DNA of 64,000 bases, from the NCBI GenBank assembly GCA_021794015.1, contig JAJYRQ010000003.1:54900-118899 (forward strand), read 5' to 3'. The stretch comes from Deltaproteobacteria bacterium (GTDB taxonomy: Bacteria; Desulfobacterota; Binatia; Binatales; Binataceae). This document shows, piece by piece, positions 46,836 to 56,114 of the stretch (position 1 is its first letter; each line of letters begins with the position of its first letter). Under the pieces are notes generated by a model. The model ran no database searches, had not been told where the DNA came from, and saw only the letters and a program-made list of their open reading frames with translations. The translations under genes were made by a program, and so were the position numbers.

Positions 46836-47873
46836 TCAAACCCAGCCGACGACGCGGAGCGCCGCCGTCAACAGATAAGCAAGCACCAGCCCGGACAGCG
46901 GCCCCGCCACCCAGCCCTCAAGGATCGCTCGAAGCGTTGACCAGCGGACGGTCTCAACGCCGCGGGCAAGACCCGCCCCGGCCATCGCGCCAACCAGCGC
47001 CTGGTTCATCGACGTGAAAGCGCCGAAGCCAAGTACCGCGCTCAGCACGACCAGCGCCTGAACGAACTGCGCGGCGGCGGCCATCTGAAGATCAAGACGC
47101 ACGATCTCGAAGGCCATCCGCTCAAGCAGCCCCCGGCCCCAGGTAATTACCCCCAGCGCGAGCCCGCAACCCCCAAGCACACCCGCCATCGCGCAGCCGC
47201 TTAAACGTGTGGCTACCAGCACGCCGGTCGCATTCGCCACATCGTTGGCGCCCATGGTAAGCGATGCGAAACACCCGGCTAGCACCAACAGTCGTCTTGC
47301 CGTTTGCCTGCTCCCACCCGCCAGCAGGACCCGATCCAAAATCCGGGTGAAAACAAAACCAAGCGCCAGAGCGGCAAACGGCGCCACCGCCCAGACCGCA
47401 ACCAATCTAGCCAGCGTCGCCCATTTCACGCCGATATGCTGCGCCAGCCCCGCACCGACCATCGCAGAGACCAGTATCTGAATGGTCGAGGTCGGAAGCT
47501 TAAGCCGGTTGTAAAGCGCGGTCAGGGCGAAAGCCGCCCCAAGCATGGCGCTGCCAGCCCGCAATCCCATACCGGCCCCGAGCAGCCGCTCGCCAACGGT
47601 GTGCAGCACGCCGTGGCTCAGCAGGCTTGCGCCGACCAGCACGAAGACGGCCATCGTCGCCAGCGCCGGTCGCACGCCAACCGCGCCGGTTGCGTACGGC
47701 ATTCCCATGCAGGCACCGGTGTAGTGCGCGCCCATGCTCCACGCAAACCCCACGGCGAGCGTCGCCAGCACCAGCGAATCGGCGCTCACAGGCACACCCC
47801 TGCCTCCGCACGGCACCGCGCCCAGGACCTCGGCCCCGCACACTAGACGGGCGCCAACCCGCTGCCGCCGCAA
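46836..47873 (-). CDS. Inorganic phosphate transporter, PiT (PHO4) family
   Basis: Polytopic ORF with GANDVANATG and a duplicated PiT repeat pattern. The true start is probably downstream of 47873. Confidence 0.78.
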   Translation of the reverse strand: MRRQRVGARLVCGAEVLGAVPCGGRGVPVSADSLVLATLAVGFAWSMGAHYTGACMGMPYATGAVGVRPALATMAVFVLVGASLLSHGVLHTVGERLLGAGMGLRAGSAMLGAAFALTALYNRLKLPTSTIQILVSAMVGAGLAQHIGVKWATLARLVAVWAVAPFAALALGFVFTRILDRVLLAGGSRQTARRLLVLAGCFASLTMGANDVANATGVLVATRLSGCAMAGVLGGCGLALGVITWGRGLLERMAFEIVRLDLQMAAAAQFVQALVVLSAVLGFGAFTSMNQALVGAMAGAGLARGVETVRWSTLRAILEGWVAGPLSGLVLAYLLTAALRVVGWV

Positions 47874-47974
47874 GCGCCGGCTTCGGTTTGTCGGCTATTC
47901 ACGCAGCGCGGTTGGCCGGGGCAGAACCGCCTACCGCCTCCTGAAGGCTCGGCTCCGCTCTGTCTTCTCAGCGC

Positions 47975-48592
47975 TTAGGGAAGCGATGCAACCGGCTTGC
48001 CGCTCGGCCCGTAAAGCGTCAGCGTCGGATTCCCGTTTCCGTCCACATCCAGCGCGGCTCGCGTCTTGTGCGCGCCGTCGAGCAGTGCAACGCCGGCGGT
48101 GTTGGCGCCGGTGACGTGGAGGCCGATTCTCGGCCCCTTGGTCCCGTCCAGGCTAAGCGTCGGCCGTCCGTCCTGGCTCAACTCGAACGTGGCACGCACT
48201 CGGCGCGCACCGTCGATGAATACCAGCGCCACCCGCCCGTCTTGCGTAACGCCCAAGGCGCCCCTCGGAATACCCTGGCTGTCAAAGAAGCGGACGCGAG
48301 CGATTTCCTGGCCGTTGATCCCGACGGCGACGCGCCGTTCTCCCTTTCTACCGTACATGTCCAAAGACGGCTCGCCGCGGACCAGATGCAGATCTGCCCG
48401 CTTCGCGCCACCGGCATCCTGCAGAATGAATTCCCCCGCCCGTACCACCTTGGCCCGCTTGGTAGCAGCCTGGGCCGTCGCCTGCCACTGGCTGCCCGCG
48501 GCCAGCACAAAGGCGATCACCGCCGTACCCGCTGCTCCGGCCAACGCTGCAAAGAGCGCGGGCCACTTGCCCGATGCTAGGGTTGCGCGCAT
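47975..48592 (-). CDS. Secreted/anchored hypothetical protein with internal ~30-aa beta-strand repeats
   Basis: 205-aa ORF with an N-terminal hydrophobic anchor. Repeated units follow, of the type DG.P.L.L.G..G (SQDGRPTLSLDGTKG, DGNGNPTLTLYGPSG). Confidence 0.55.
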   Translation of the reverse strand: MRATLASGKWPALFAALAGAAGTAVIAFVLAAGSQWQATAQAATKRAKVVRAGEFILQDAGGAKRADLHLVRGEPSLDMYGRKGERRVAVGINGQEIARVRFFDSQGIPRGALGVTQDGRVALVFIDGARRVRATFELSQDGRPTLSLDGTKGPRIGLHVTGANTAGVALLDGAHKTRAALDVDGNGNPTLTLYGPSGKPVASLP

Positions 48593-49045
48593 GACGATCT
48601 CCTCCTGTTAAAAGCGTTCTCCGCCAGTAAAGACGTACCACTCGTAAGGCTACTGCTTTTCACTTCGCCAGGGGAGATCCAAGCGGAACTTCGATCCGCG
48701 CCGCGCCTCACTTGCCGAAGCCGCGCCGCGCCAAGGAGCACAAGCCGCGCGCCGCGCAGACAGCAGATAGCGCATGCCCGTTTGCGCCTGCGCGCGGCTG
48801 AAAAATTTCACCCTTACCGAAACCCCACACTCTTGGGATTATCGCGTGCGATGCGAGGTTCCTTCCCAGCCACCAACCAGTTCATGACCATCAAGCCAGC
48901 CCAAAGCTTCGAACAGCCACAGAGACGCGCCGGACGCGGCGCCGCAGCCGCAACGCCTGCCGAACCGGCCCATCGCTCGCCGCGGCCCGCGCACAACCCG
49001 AGCGTCGGCCGCGCCAATGCGCCGGCCGTCGCTCTCAGCCGGACG

Positions 49046-50269
49046 ATGCTTGCGACGCACGCGACAGAGGCGCCGCGGGGAGAGGCACCGGAGTGGGTAG
49101 CGCTGCTGCCGGCGGGGACGTTTGCGGGGCGGGACGGCCGCGGTCCGTTTCGCAACGCCGACCCGGAGGCGGTCATCCAGGCGACGCAGGCGCTCAGGAT
49201 GGAGGCGGGCATTCCGGTTGACTATGACCACGCCACGGATTTTGCCGCGCCGCAGGGCCGACCGGCGCCGGCTGCCGGATGGATCAAGCAACTGCAAGTG
49301 CGCGCGGGCGCCATCTGGGGCCGCGTCGAGTGGACGCCGCAGGGCGCCAAGGCGCTTTCGACCAAGCTATACAGGTACATCTCGCCGGTCTTTCAGTTCG
49401 ACAAGAAGCCCGGCGTCGAGGGCGAGCAAGGCGATGTGGTGCGCATCCTGCGCGCCGCTCTCACCAACAATCCCAATCTCTATCTCACCGCGATTGCGGC
49501 ATCGGAGACAACGCTGATGGCAGAAAAGGCAGACGCGCAAGCAACCCAGGAACTCGATCTTCCCGAGGTGCTGAAGTCGCTCAAGAAGGTCTTCCCTGAC
49601 GCCTCGAACGCAACGCTGCTCGAGCTGGTCAACACCTACGAAGAGGCCGAGCACGGCGCCGAGCCCGAGGCGGAGCCCGAGGCCGCGGCGGAGTCGGAGC
49701 CCGAGCCCGACGACGGCGGCGACGACGGCGAGTTCGGGATGCTGGCCGGAGACGAAGGCGGCGACCACGATGACGACGACGCCGATGACGCCGACGAGGT
49801 GGCGGCGCAGGAGTCCAAGCGCAAGGCGTACGACGACGAGGCGCGCGCCGGCCGCAGGGCCAACCGCGAGCTCGACCGCGAGCGCAAGCGCGGCGCGCAT
49901 TCGGCCGACGCGCAGATCGCCGCGCTGGTGACCACGGTGAACGCGATGCGCGCCGAGCGGGCGCGCGAGCGGGCCCAGCGAGCGGTGGACGAGGCGGTGC
50001 GCCAGGGGCGGCTCTCCCCGGCGCAGCGCGAGTGGGCGATTTCCTACTGCGCGCGGGACGCCGGCGGCTTTGCCGAGTTCATCGCGCGCCAGCCCCGCCT
50101 CGACCTTTCCGCCGAGGCGCTCAGCCGCCAGGTGTCCGGGGACGGCCAGCACGGCGCCGGGCTTTCGGCGGTCGAGTTGGCGGTTTGCCGGGAGCTCGGC
50201 GTGAGCCCGCAGGCGTACCAGAAAGCGCGCGAGGCGGGACCGGCGCGAATGTCGTTCATTAATAAGTGA
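49046..50269 (+). CDS. Mu gpI-like head maturation protease with C-terminal scaffold-like region
   Basis: EWVALLPAGTFAGRDGRGPF ... IPVDYDHAT ... PAAGWIKQLQVRAGAIWGRVEWTPQGAKALSTKLYRYISPVF matches the Mu-like_Pro pattern. An acidic tract and a coiled-coil C-terminus follow. Start set at ATG 49046; the track gives 48782. Confidence 0.82.
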   Translation: MLATHATEAPRGEAPEWVALLPAGTFAGRDGRGPFRNADPEAVIQATQALRMEAGIPVDYDHATDFAAPQGRPAPAAGWIKQLQVRAGAIWGRVEWTPQGAKALSTKLYRYISPVFQFDKKPGVEGEQGDVVRILRAALTNNPNLYLTAIAASETTLMAEKADAQATQELDLPEVLKSLKKVFPDASNATLLELVNTYEEAEHGAEPEAEPEAAAESEPEPDDGGDDGEFGMLAGDEGGDHDDDDADDADEVAAQESKRKAYDDEARAGRRANRELDRERKRGAHSADAQIAALVTTVNAMRAERARERAQRAVDEAVRQGRLSPAQREWAISYCARDAGGFAEFIARQPRLDLSAEALSRQVSGDGQHGAGLSAVELAVCRELGVSPQAYQKAREAGPARMSFINK

Positions 50270-50304
50270 GACGCAAGTGGAGAGGCAGAGATACTTTCTG
50301 TTGA

Positions 50305-50351
50305 CCCTCACCCGGCGCTTCGCGCCGCCCTCTCCCGGACGTGGGAGAGGG
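50305..50351. repeat. REP-like hairpin module (ccctcacc ... ccctctccc-n6-gggagaggg)
   Basis: The same module type occurs at 4635-4654, 21228-21263, 21443-21478 and 58270-58320. Confidence 0.7.
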
Positions 50352-50402
50352 AATGAGTAGCAACTGAGGCGGCCCGGAATAGCAAGCAAGGGGAACTGAG
50401 CA

Positions 50403-51140
50403 ATGGCAATGCTGACAAATTCGCGCAACACGCCCGAGATGGCGGACGGGGCGCGAGAGATCGCGGTTGGAGTCGAGGCGGCAACGACCGTCTACCTGGG
50501 CTCGATGGTGGCGGCCGACGCCAACGGCAACGCGGTGCCGGCGCAGCCCTACGGCGCCGGGCCGCTGGCGAAGCTTTCGGTGCTGGGACGCGCCGAGCGG
50601 GTGCATGCGGGGATTCCCGGCCAGGACGCGGTGAACGTGGCGCCGGTGACCTCGGGCGCGGCCGGCGCGCTGAAGCTCATCGCGCGCCGGGGCGTCTTCA
50701 TGTACGGCCAGGACGGGAGCATCACCGAGGCCAGCGTGGGCGCCCCCTGCTTTGCGGTTGACGACAACACGGTCTCGGCGTCGGACGGCTCGGCCAACAC
50801 GGTGGTGGCGCCGGCGGCGGCCACGGTGCCGGCCTCGGTGCAGGGCGCGGTGATACCGCTGGGGCATCATCCGGCGCTTGCCGGCTCGGTGGTGGTGCAG
50901 AACGCCGCGACCAATGCGACGGTCACCTACGTCGAGGGCAAGGACTACGTGGTGGATTACGCCGGCGGCGCGGTGATTCTTTGCGACGGCACCACGATTG
51001 CCGCCAGCGTCACGGTTTACATCGGCTACAGCTACCAGTCGACGGCGCCGGCGCGGCCGGTGGCCGGTCGGGTGGCTCAGCTCGACCCCTCGGGCGAGGT
51101 ATGGGTCGATTTTTGGCATCAGGCCGCGCAGGCGGTCTAG
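50403..51140 (+). CDS. Hypothetical head protein (decoration/accessory position between protease and major capsid)
   Basis: 245-aa ORF with good coding look. It contains a ~47-aa module (res 162-211) shared with the gp37-like and sheath proteins. Confidence 0.6.
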   Translation: MAMLTNSRNTPEMADGAREIAVGVEAATTVYLGSMVAADANGNAVPAQPYGAGPLAKLSVLGRAERVHAGIPGQDAVNVAPVTSGAAGALKLIARRGVFMYGQDGSITEASVGAPCFAVDDNTVSASDGSANTVVAPAAATVPASVQGAVIPLGHHPALAGSVVVQNAATNATVTYVEGKDYVVDYAGGAVILCDGTTIAASVTVYIGYSYQSTAPARPVAGRVAQLDPSGEVWVDFWHQAAQAV

Positions 51141-51150
51141 GAGTGGGTAG

Positions 51151-52119
51151 ATGGAAATTTCCGCAGCTAATCTGACGGCGCTTTTCACCGGCTTCGACGT
51201 TATCTTTCAGCGCGGGTTCGAGAAGCCGCCCAGCTACTACGACAAGATCGCGTCGGTCACCCGCAGCTCGACCCGCCAGACGGTCTACCCCTGGCTCGGC
51301 CGCACCACGCAGTTCCGGGAATGGCTCGGCGACCGCACCCTGCAGGCGCTCGAAGCGCACGAATACACCATCGTCAACAAGGCGTGGGAAGACACGGTCG
51401 AGATCGACCGCAACGATATCGAAGACGACCAGTTCGGCGTCTACGAGCCGATTATCGAGCAGCTCGGATGGGACACCAAGGTCCATCCCGACGTGCTGCT
51501 GTTCACGATGATCAAGAACGCGGTGGCGAATATCGATACCACCGGCGCCAACGCGGTAATCGGCTACGACGGCAAGACCTTCTTCAGCGCGGAGCATCCG
51601 GTGGGTCCGATGGGCGCCGGGCGGCGCCAGAAGGCAACGGCCAACGTGGTGACCACGGGCGCCGGTCCGTACTGGTTCCTGCTGGACGCCGGCCGGGCGA
51701 TTCGGCCGTTTATCTTTCAGCTTCGGCGCGAGTACGCGGTGACCCGGATGAACACGCCGACCGACGAGGCGGTCTTCAACCGCCATACTTTCCGCTATGG
51801 CGTGGACGGCCGCGCCAACGTCGGCGTGGGCCTCTGGCAGCTCGGTTTTGCCTCGAACACCGACCTGTCCAACCCGGCCAACTACGGCGCGGCGATTGCC
51901 GCGATGCGCAGCGTGAAGACGGACGCCGGGTTGCCCTTTGGCAGCTGGTCGTCGCCCGAGACGGCGAAGTTCCTGCTGGTGCCTCCGGCGCTCGAAGAGG
52001 GGGCGCGCCAGCTACTCAACTCCGAGTTCATGGCGGGCGCCGGCGCCTCTGCCACGGTTCCCACGACCAACATCTGGCGCAACTCGGCCCAGCTCGTCGT
52101 ATCCGAGTACCTGGCATAA
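51151..52119 (+). CDS. Mu gpT-like major head (capsid) subunit
   Basis: FDVIFQRGFE...VYPWLGRTTQFREWLGDRTLQALEAHEYTIVNKAWEDTVEIDRNDIEDDQFGVY matches the Mu-like_gpT family pattern. Confidence 0.88.
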   Translation: MEISAANLTALFTGFDVIFQRGFEKPPSYYDKIASVTRSSTRQTVYPWLGRTTQFREWLGDRTLQALEAHEYTIVNKAWEDTVEIDRNDIEDDQFGVYEPIIEQLGWDTKVHPDVLLFTMIKNAVANIDTTGANAVIGYDGKTFFSAEHPVGPMGAGRRQKATANVVTTGAGPYWFLLDAGRAIRPFIFQLRREYAVTRMNTPTDEAVFNRHTFRYGVDGRANVGVGLWQLGFASNTDLSNPANYGAAIAAMRSVKTDAGLPFGSWSSPETAKFLLVPPALEEGARQLLNSEFMAGAGASATVPTTNIWRNSAQLVVSEYLA

Positions 52120-52233
52120 GCGGCGGCGAGACAGGAAAGTGGTGACTAGCACAGCCCAAAGCCCCGGCGCGGTTTCACGCAGCAACCTCTGCGCGTGGAG
52201 GCCCGACCGCGCCGGGGCACCTCGCCCGCGCCC

Positions 52234-52450
52234 CACCATGGCGTCATCCCGAGCGAGCGCTGCGCGAGTCGAGGGAACCCGAGCCCCCTCGCGCGCGCCA
52301 GGCCATTGCATGGCGGCGGGTCGCCGGGACCCCTCGCGCGCGCCAAGCACACGCGCGGGGGTGACAGAGGGATGCGCGGGCGTCGCCCCACATTGTCATT
52401 CCCGCGCGTGCCCGGCGCGCGCGAGAAATCCCGAGCGAGCGGGGCGTAGC
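52234..52450. repeat. Composite REP/MITE-like cluster in capsid/gp36 spacer
   Basis: 52234-52320 is nearly identical to 61257-61343. It also carries ccgggacccctcgcgcgcg, cgcgcgggggtgacagag and ttgtcattcccgcgcg. Confidence 0.8.
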
Positions 52451-52452
52451 TG

Positions 52453-52893
52453 ATGCCGTACGCACAGACAACCGACTTGCAGGCGCGATACTCGAATCGG
52501 GACCTGACGCAGCTTACCACCTCGGATATCTCCGCGGTCGGGCCGGACCTGGCGGTGCTGGCGCAGGCGCTGGCGGATGCCTCGGTCGAAATTGACAGCT
52601 ACCTAGAGGCGCGTTTTACGCTGCCGCTTTCCGATCCGCCGGCGGCGCTGAATCGGCTCTGCTGCGATATTGCGATTTACCGGCTGCAGGCGCTGACGCC
52701 GCTGCACGACCTCGAAGACGCGCGCAAGCGTTACGAGGACGCCATCAAGTTTCTCACCCAGGTCAACCAGGGCAAGCTCACGCTGGGGCTTTCGGCCGAC
52801 GCGCTTGAGCCGCCGGCGGCGCAAGCCGAGGCGGCTGTGGTCGGCACCAACCGCTCGCGGGTTTTCACCCGCGGCGCCCTCCACGAGTACTGA
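52453..52893 (+). CDS. Mu gp36-like (DUF1320) head-tail connector protein
   Basis: MPYAQTTDLQARYSNRDLTQLT...IDSYLEARFTLPL...LCCDIAIYRLQ is typical of DUF1320. Confidence 0.75.
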   Translation: MPYAQTTDLQARYSNRDLTQLTTSDISAVGPDLAVLAQALADASVEIDSYLEARFTLPLSDPPAALNRLCCDIAIYRLQALTPLHDLEDARKRYEDAIKFLTQVNQGKLTLGLSADALEPPAAQAEAAVVGTNRSRVFTRGALHEY

Positions 52894-52950
52894 CGCTGCG
52901 GCGCTCGGAGAGGCAGGCCCGCGCGCCATGCGCGGGGAACGAGGAGCAGC

Positions 52951-53319
52951 ATGGAAAGTCAGAAAACCACGAGCGTGACGATCAGGTTGGCGCGCGACGC
53001 ATTCAACGCGCACGCGGAGCCGGCGGCGCCCGCGATGCTCGCGCGCATCGACCGCGAGATCGCGCGAAAACTCGGGCGGTTCCTCGGTTGCGAGCACAAG
53101 GTGATCCAACGCGACGACGACGGCACGACGGAGGTCGAGATGACCTTCGCCGACGGCGCGCGGGAGGTGGCCGACCAGGCGCTGCGCGACGACGTCGTCA
53201 CGCTGATGGAGTCGATTGCATGGGACGTGGTCGTCCGGCGCCTCGAGGCCCGCAACCGGGCGGCGCGGCGCAGGCTGCAGGGCGCGGCCACGGCGCGCGC
53301 CGCGGCGGCCGCGCAGTGA
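52951..53319 (+). CDS. Hypothetical phage protein
   Basis: 122-aa ORF in the co-directional phage block. No recognisable motif. Confidence 0.45.
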   Translation: MESQKTTSVTIRLARDAFNAHAEPAAPAMLARIDREIARKLGRFLGCEHKVIQRDDDGTTEVEMTFADGAREVADQALRDDVVTLMESIAWDVVVRRLEARNRAARRRLQGAATARAAAAAQ

Positions 53320-53343
53320 CTGCGCGCCGGCACATCGCGGCGC

Positions 53344-53468
53344 CGGGACCCCTCGCGCGCGGCGCTGACCTCACGGCAGCTTGCCCGACCAACGGGAGCG
53401 CAATGCCGCGCCGAAGGCCGTCTCCACCCCGCTGCCATGCAATGGCCGCACGCGGGGTGACAGAAAAA
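53344..53468. repeat. REP/MITE-like element copy (family R1)
   Basis: cgggacccctcgcgcgcgg...cacggcagcttgcccgaccaacgggagcgcaatgcc...ccgaaggccgtctcc...gctgccatgcaatggc. Other copies are at 4801-4904 (inverted) and 59843-59979. Confidence 0.85.
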
Positions 53469-53485
53469 GAAACGCGGCGCAGTGA

Positions 53486-54367
53486 GTGATGGGCGCGCCG
53501 ATTAGCACGCAGGACTGGAGCTACTTGAACCCTGCCAACTGGGCCGGGGCGAGCTACGCCCCGGCCCAGGCGAACACGATCGGCGCCATCGAGGCGGCAA
53601 TCGTGGCGCAGCTTCAGAACTACGCGGCGGCGAATCCCGGCTCTGCGCTGGCGATGGTTGAGATTGCGCACTTCCCGGACAAGCCGGAGAGCTACCGCCT
53701 GGTGAACCGCGTGGGCGCGGTGCTGGTCGAGTTTTCCGGCGCGGAGTATCAGCCCGAAGACGACACGGCGCTGGTGGTCCAGGAGCGGCGTCTTTCCTTC
53801 GAGGTCAACGTGTTGGCGCGCGACCTGGGATGGGGCTACGGAGCGCTGGCGTCGGGAACCTCGCCGGGCGCGTATGCGCTGCTCGACGCGGTGCGGACGG
53901 CGCTTACCGGCTTTCGGCCTCCGGGATGCAAGAAGATGCGTCCGGTGCGGGAGCGGTTCCTCGAGCGCGACGCCCAGGGCGCGATTTGGTACTACAGCGC
54001 CGAGTTTGTCTGCTCGACGGTGGCGATGGAGGCGCAGCCGGCGGCGCCGGCGGCGGCGCTGGTCTCGGCGCGCGCGCTGGAGAAGTCCGGGCAGACCACG
54101 CGCAGCGTTGCGGCGGCGCCGTACATCTTCAATGCGAGCAACCAGGTCCAACTTGTCCAGGGCAACGTCTCGAATGTCGTGGTGACTTCCGACCCGGCCG
54201 GGACGACCTACGTCCAGGGCGTCGATTACAACCTGGACGCGGTGAACGGGGTTCTCACGCTGATTTCGGGCGGCGCAATTGCGGCCGGCGCCACGGTGCT
54301 GGTCGCCTACAGCTACGCCGACGTGGTCTCGACCGCCACGGCGCAGAACGGGGCGCCCACCAACTGA
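53486..54367 (+). CDS. Gp37-like tail/neck protein with C-terminal Ig-like module
   Basis: 293-aa ORF positioned between the gp36-like gene and the sheath gene. Family assignment rests on position and recollection only. The C-terminal module VVVTSDPAGTTYVQGVDYNLDAVNGVLTLISGGAIAAGATVLVAYSY is present. Confidence 0.5.
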   Translation: MMGAPISTQDWSYLNPANWAGASYAPAQANTIGAIEAAIVAQLQNYAAANPGSALAMVEIAHFPDKPESYRLVNRVGAVLVEFSGAEYQPEDDTALVVQERRLSFEVNVLARDLGWGYGALASGTSPGAYALLDAVRTALTGFRPPGCKKMRPVRERFLERDAQGAIWYYSAEFVCSTVAMEAQPAAPAAALVSARALEKSGQTTRSVAAAPYIFNASNQVQLVQGNVSNVVVTSDPAGTTYVQGVDYNLDAVNGVLTLISGGAIAAGATVLVAYSYADVVSTATAQNGAPTN

Positions 54368-54412
54368 GAGAAGAGATGAAGGAAAGGAGAGCAAGCAGCG
54401 CGGCGCGACCTC

Positions 54413-54498
54413 CATTGTCACCCCCGCGCGCGGTGCCTGGCGCGCGCGAGGGGTCCCGGGGCTTTTTCTTCTCGCTTCTCTTTTCTCGCTTCTTTTCC
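54413..54498. repeat. REP-like module ending in CT-rich arm
   Basis: ttgtcacccccgcgcgcgg...cgcgcgcgaggggtcccgggg...cttctcgcttctcttttctcgcttct. The same arm occurs at 56231-56285. Confidence 0.75.
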
Positions 54499-54511
54499 GA
54501 AGGAGTAGGCA

Positions 54512-56107
54512 ATGCCTGCATCGTTCTTGCATGGAGTTGAGGTAATCGAGACCAACGTCGGCCCGCAGCCGATAACGGTGGTCAAGTCGGCGGTAATCGG
54601 CCTGGTCGGCACGGCGCCGCGCTGGGCGGTTGCGGCGGCCAATCCGGCCGGCGTGGCGTCCGGGCAAACGCCGACGCTGGTCTCCTCGCAGCGCGACGGG
54701 ACCATGTTCGGTCCGCTGATTCGGGGGTACTCGATTCCGTACGCGCTTTCGGCGATTCAATCGCAGGGCTCCGGCCAGGCGATTGTGGTGGACGTCTTCA
54801 ACCCCTCGACCCACAACACGCCGGTGGTGAATCAGGCCTTCACGATGCCGGCGTCGGGGCCGCAGGTAATCAACCTGGGACATATGGGAATCGTCGGGCC
54901 GGGGCTGGCCGGGGGCATTTACGCCACGAGCGTCGTGGTGAAGAACTCGGGAGGCACGACGACATACGTCGAGAACACCGACTACACGGTGGATTACATC
55001 AACGGGGTTATCGCGGCGAAGACCGGGGGCGCGATTACCGCCGGCGAGGCGCTGGAGATTTCGTTCAACTACTGCGACCCGTCCAAGGTGCAGGACTCGG
55101 ACCTGGTGGGCGCGGTCACCGCCGGCGTCTACACCGGAATCCAGGCGCTGCAGACGAGCTACGGTCTTTTCGGCTTTTTCCCGAAAATTCTGGTCGCGCC
55201 GGCGTTCTTCGCCCAGAACCTGCTGACCGCGCAAATAGTAGGCTCGCAGGACGCGACGGTGGCCGCGGCGCTGACCACGATGGCCGGCACGCTGCACGCC
55301 GTGGCGCTGATTGACGCGGCGGTAGGCACGTCGGTAGCCACGGCGCTGGCCAATCGCAGCGCCGCCAACGCGGCCTTCAACACCAGCTCGCATCGGGCGA
55401 TTCTGTGCTTCCCCGGCGAGAACTTCTACGACACGGGCGTCATTCCGACCGGCGTCACGCTGAACGCCGCGGGGGCGCCGGTGCAGGCGCAGATCAACCA
55501 GAACACCGACTCGCCCCTTTCGCAGTGGATGGCCGGCGCGATGGCGGCCAAGGACGTTGCCAAGGGTTACTGGTGGTCTCCGTCGAATACGCAGGTCAAC
55601 GGGATTCTCGGGCCTGACGTGACGCTCTATGCCTCGCTGACCGACCCCAACTCCGACACCGATAATTTGAACGCCAGCGGAATCGTGACCGTCTTCAACG
55701 CCTACGGCAGCGGCTACCGTATCTGGGGCAACCGCAGCGCCGCCTATCCGACCTTCACCGACCCGGCCAACTTCATCAACATCCGCCGCACGCTGGACGT
55801 AATCGAGGAGTCGGTGGAGTTGGCGATGCTGCAGTTCATCGACCAGCCGATAACCAACGCGCTCATCACCGCGGTGCTGGCCTCGGTGAACTCGTTCTTG
55901 CGCACGCTGGTCGGCCGCGGCGCGCTGGTCGGCGGCAGCGCCTCCTACAACCCCGCCGAGAACCCGGCCAGCCAGCTTGCCGCCGGGCAGATCGTCTTTG
56001 ACTTGTCCGTGATGCCGCCGCCGCCGGCCGAGCGGATCACCTACAACGTCTTCATCAACACCAACCTGCTTTCCCAGCTTGCCGCGAGTAACGCGGTGAC
56101 CGCGTAG
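54512..56107 (+). CDS. Contractile tail sheath protein
   Basis: 531-aa ORF. The N-terminus MPASFLHGVEVIE...PITVVKSAVIGLVGTAP and the C-terminal region SGIVTVFNAYGSGYRIWGNRS...NIRRTLDVIEES are typical of phage sheath proteins. Confidence 0.88.
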   Translation: MPASFLHGVEVIETNVGPQPITVVKSAVIGLVGTAPRWAVAAANPAGVASGQTPTLVSSQRDGTMFGPLIRGYSIPYALSAIQSQGSGQAIVVDVFNPSTHNTPVVNQAFTMPASGPQVINLGHMGIVGPGLAGGIYATSVVVKNSGGTTTYVENTDYTVDYINGVIAAKTGGAITAGEALEISFNYCDPSKVQDSDLVGAVTAGVYTGIQALQTSYGLFGFFPKILVAPAFFAQNLLTAQIVGSQDATVAAALTTMAGTLHAVALIDAAVGTSVATALANRSAANAAFNTSSHRAILCFPGENFYDTGVIPTGVTLNAAGAPVQAQINQNTDSPLSQWMAGAMAAKDVAKGYWWSPSNTQVNGILGPDVTLYASLTDPNSDTDNLNASGIVTVFNAYGSGYRIWGNRSAAYPTFTDPANFINIRRTLDVIEESVELAMLQFIDQPITNALITAVLASVNSFLRTLVGRGALVGGSASYNPAENPASQLAAGQIVFDLSVMPPPPAERITYNVFINTNLLSQLAASNAVTA

Positions 56108-56114
56108 GGCAGTA

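Noticed and set aside
48683-48699. tRNA-like T-arm (gcgga-acttcga-tccgc) near the prophage junction, a possible att site or tRNA fragment
   Set aside because: The loop does not match the TTCRANY consensus, and no acceptor, D or anticodon arms can be drawn around it. Mu-like elements also do not need tRNA att sites.
48782-49045. N-terminal 88 codons assigned by the ORF track to the gpI-like protein (TTG start)
   Set aside because: The translation (MRLRAAEKFHPYRNPTLLGLSRAMRGSFPATNQF...) has non-coding character and no counterpart in the protease family pattern, which begins near EWVALLPAG. ATG 49046 was preferred. ATG 48884 cannot be excluded.
53198-55393. 731-aa minus-strand ORF across the gp37-like and sheath genes
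   Set aside because: A shadow ORF: extremely Arg-rich (RRRRRRLRLHRHRR) and partly made of translated repeat elements. The plus-strand sheath and gp37-like proteins have recognisable family patterns.
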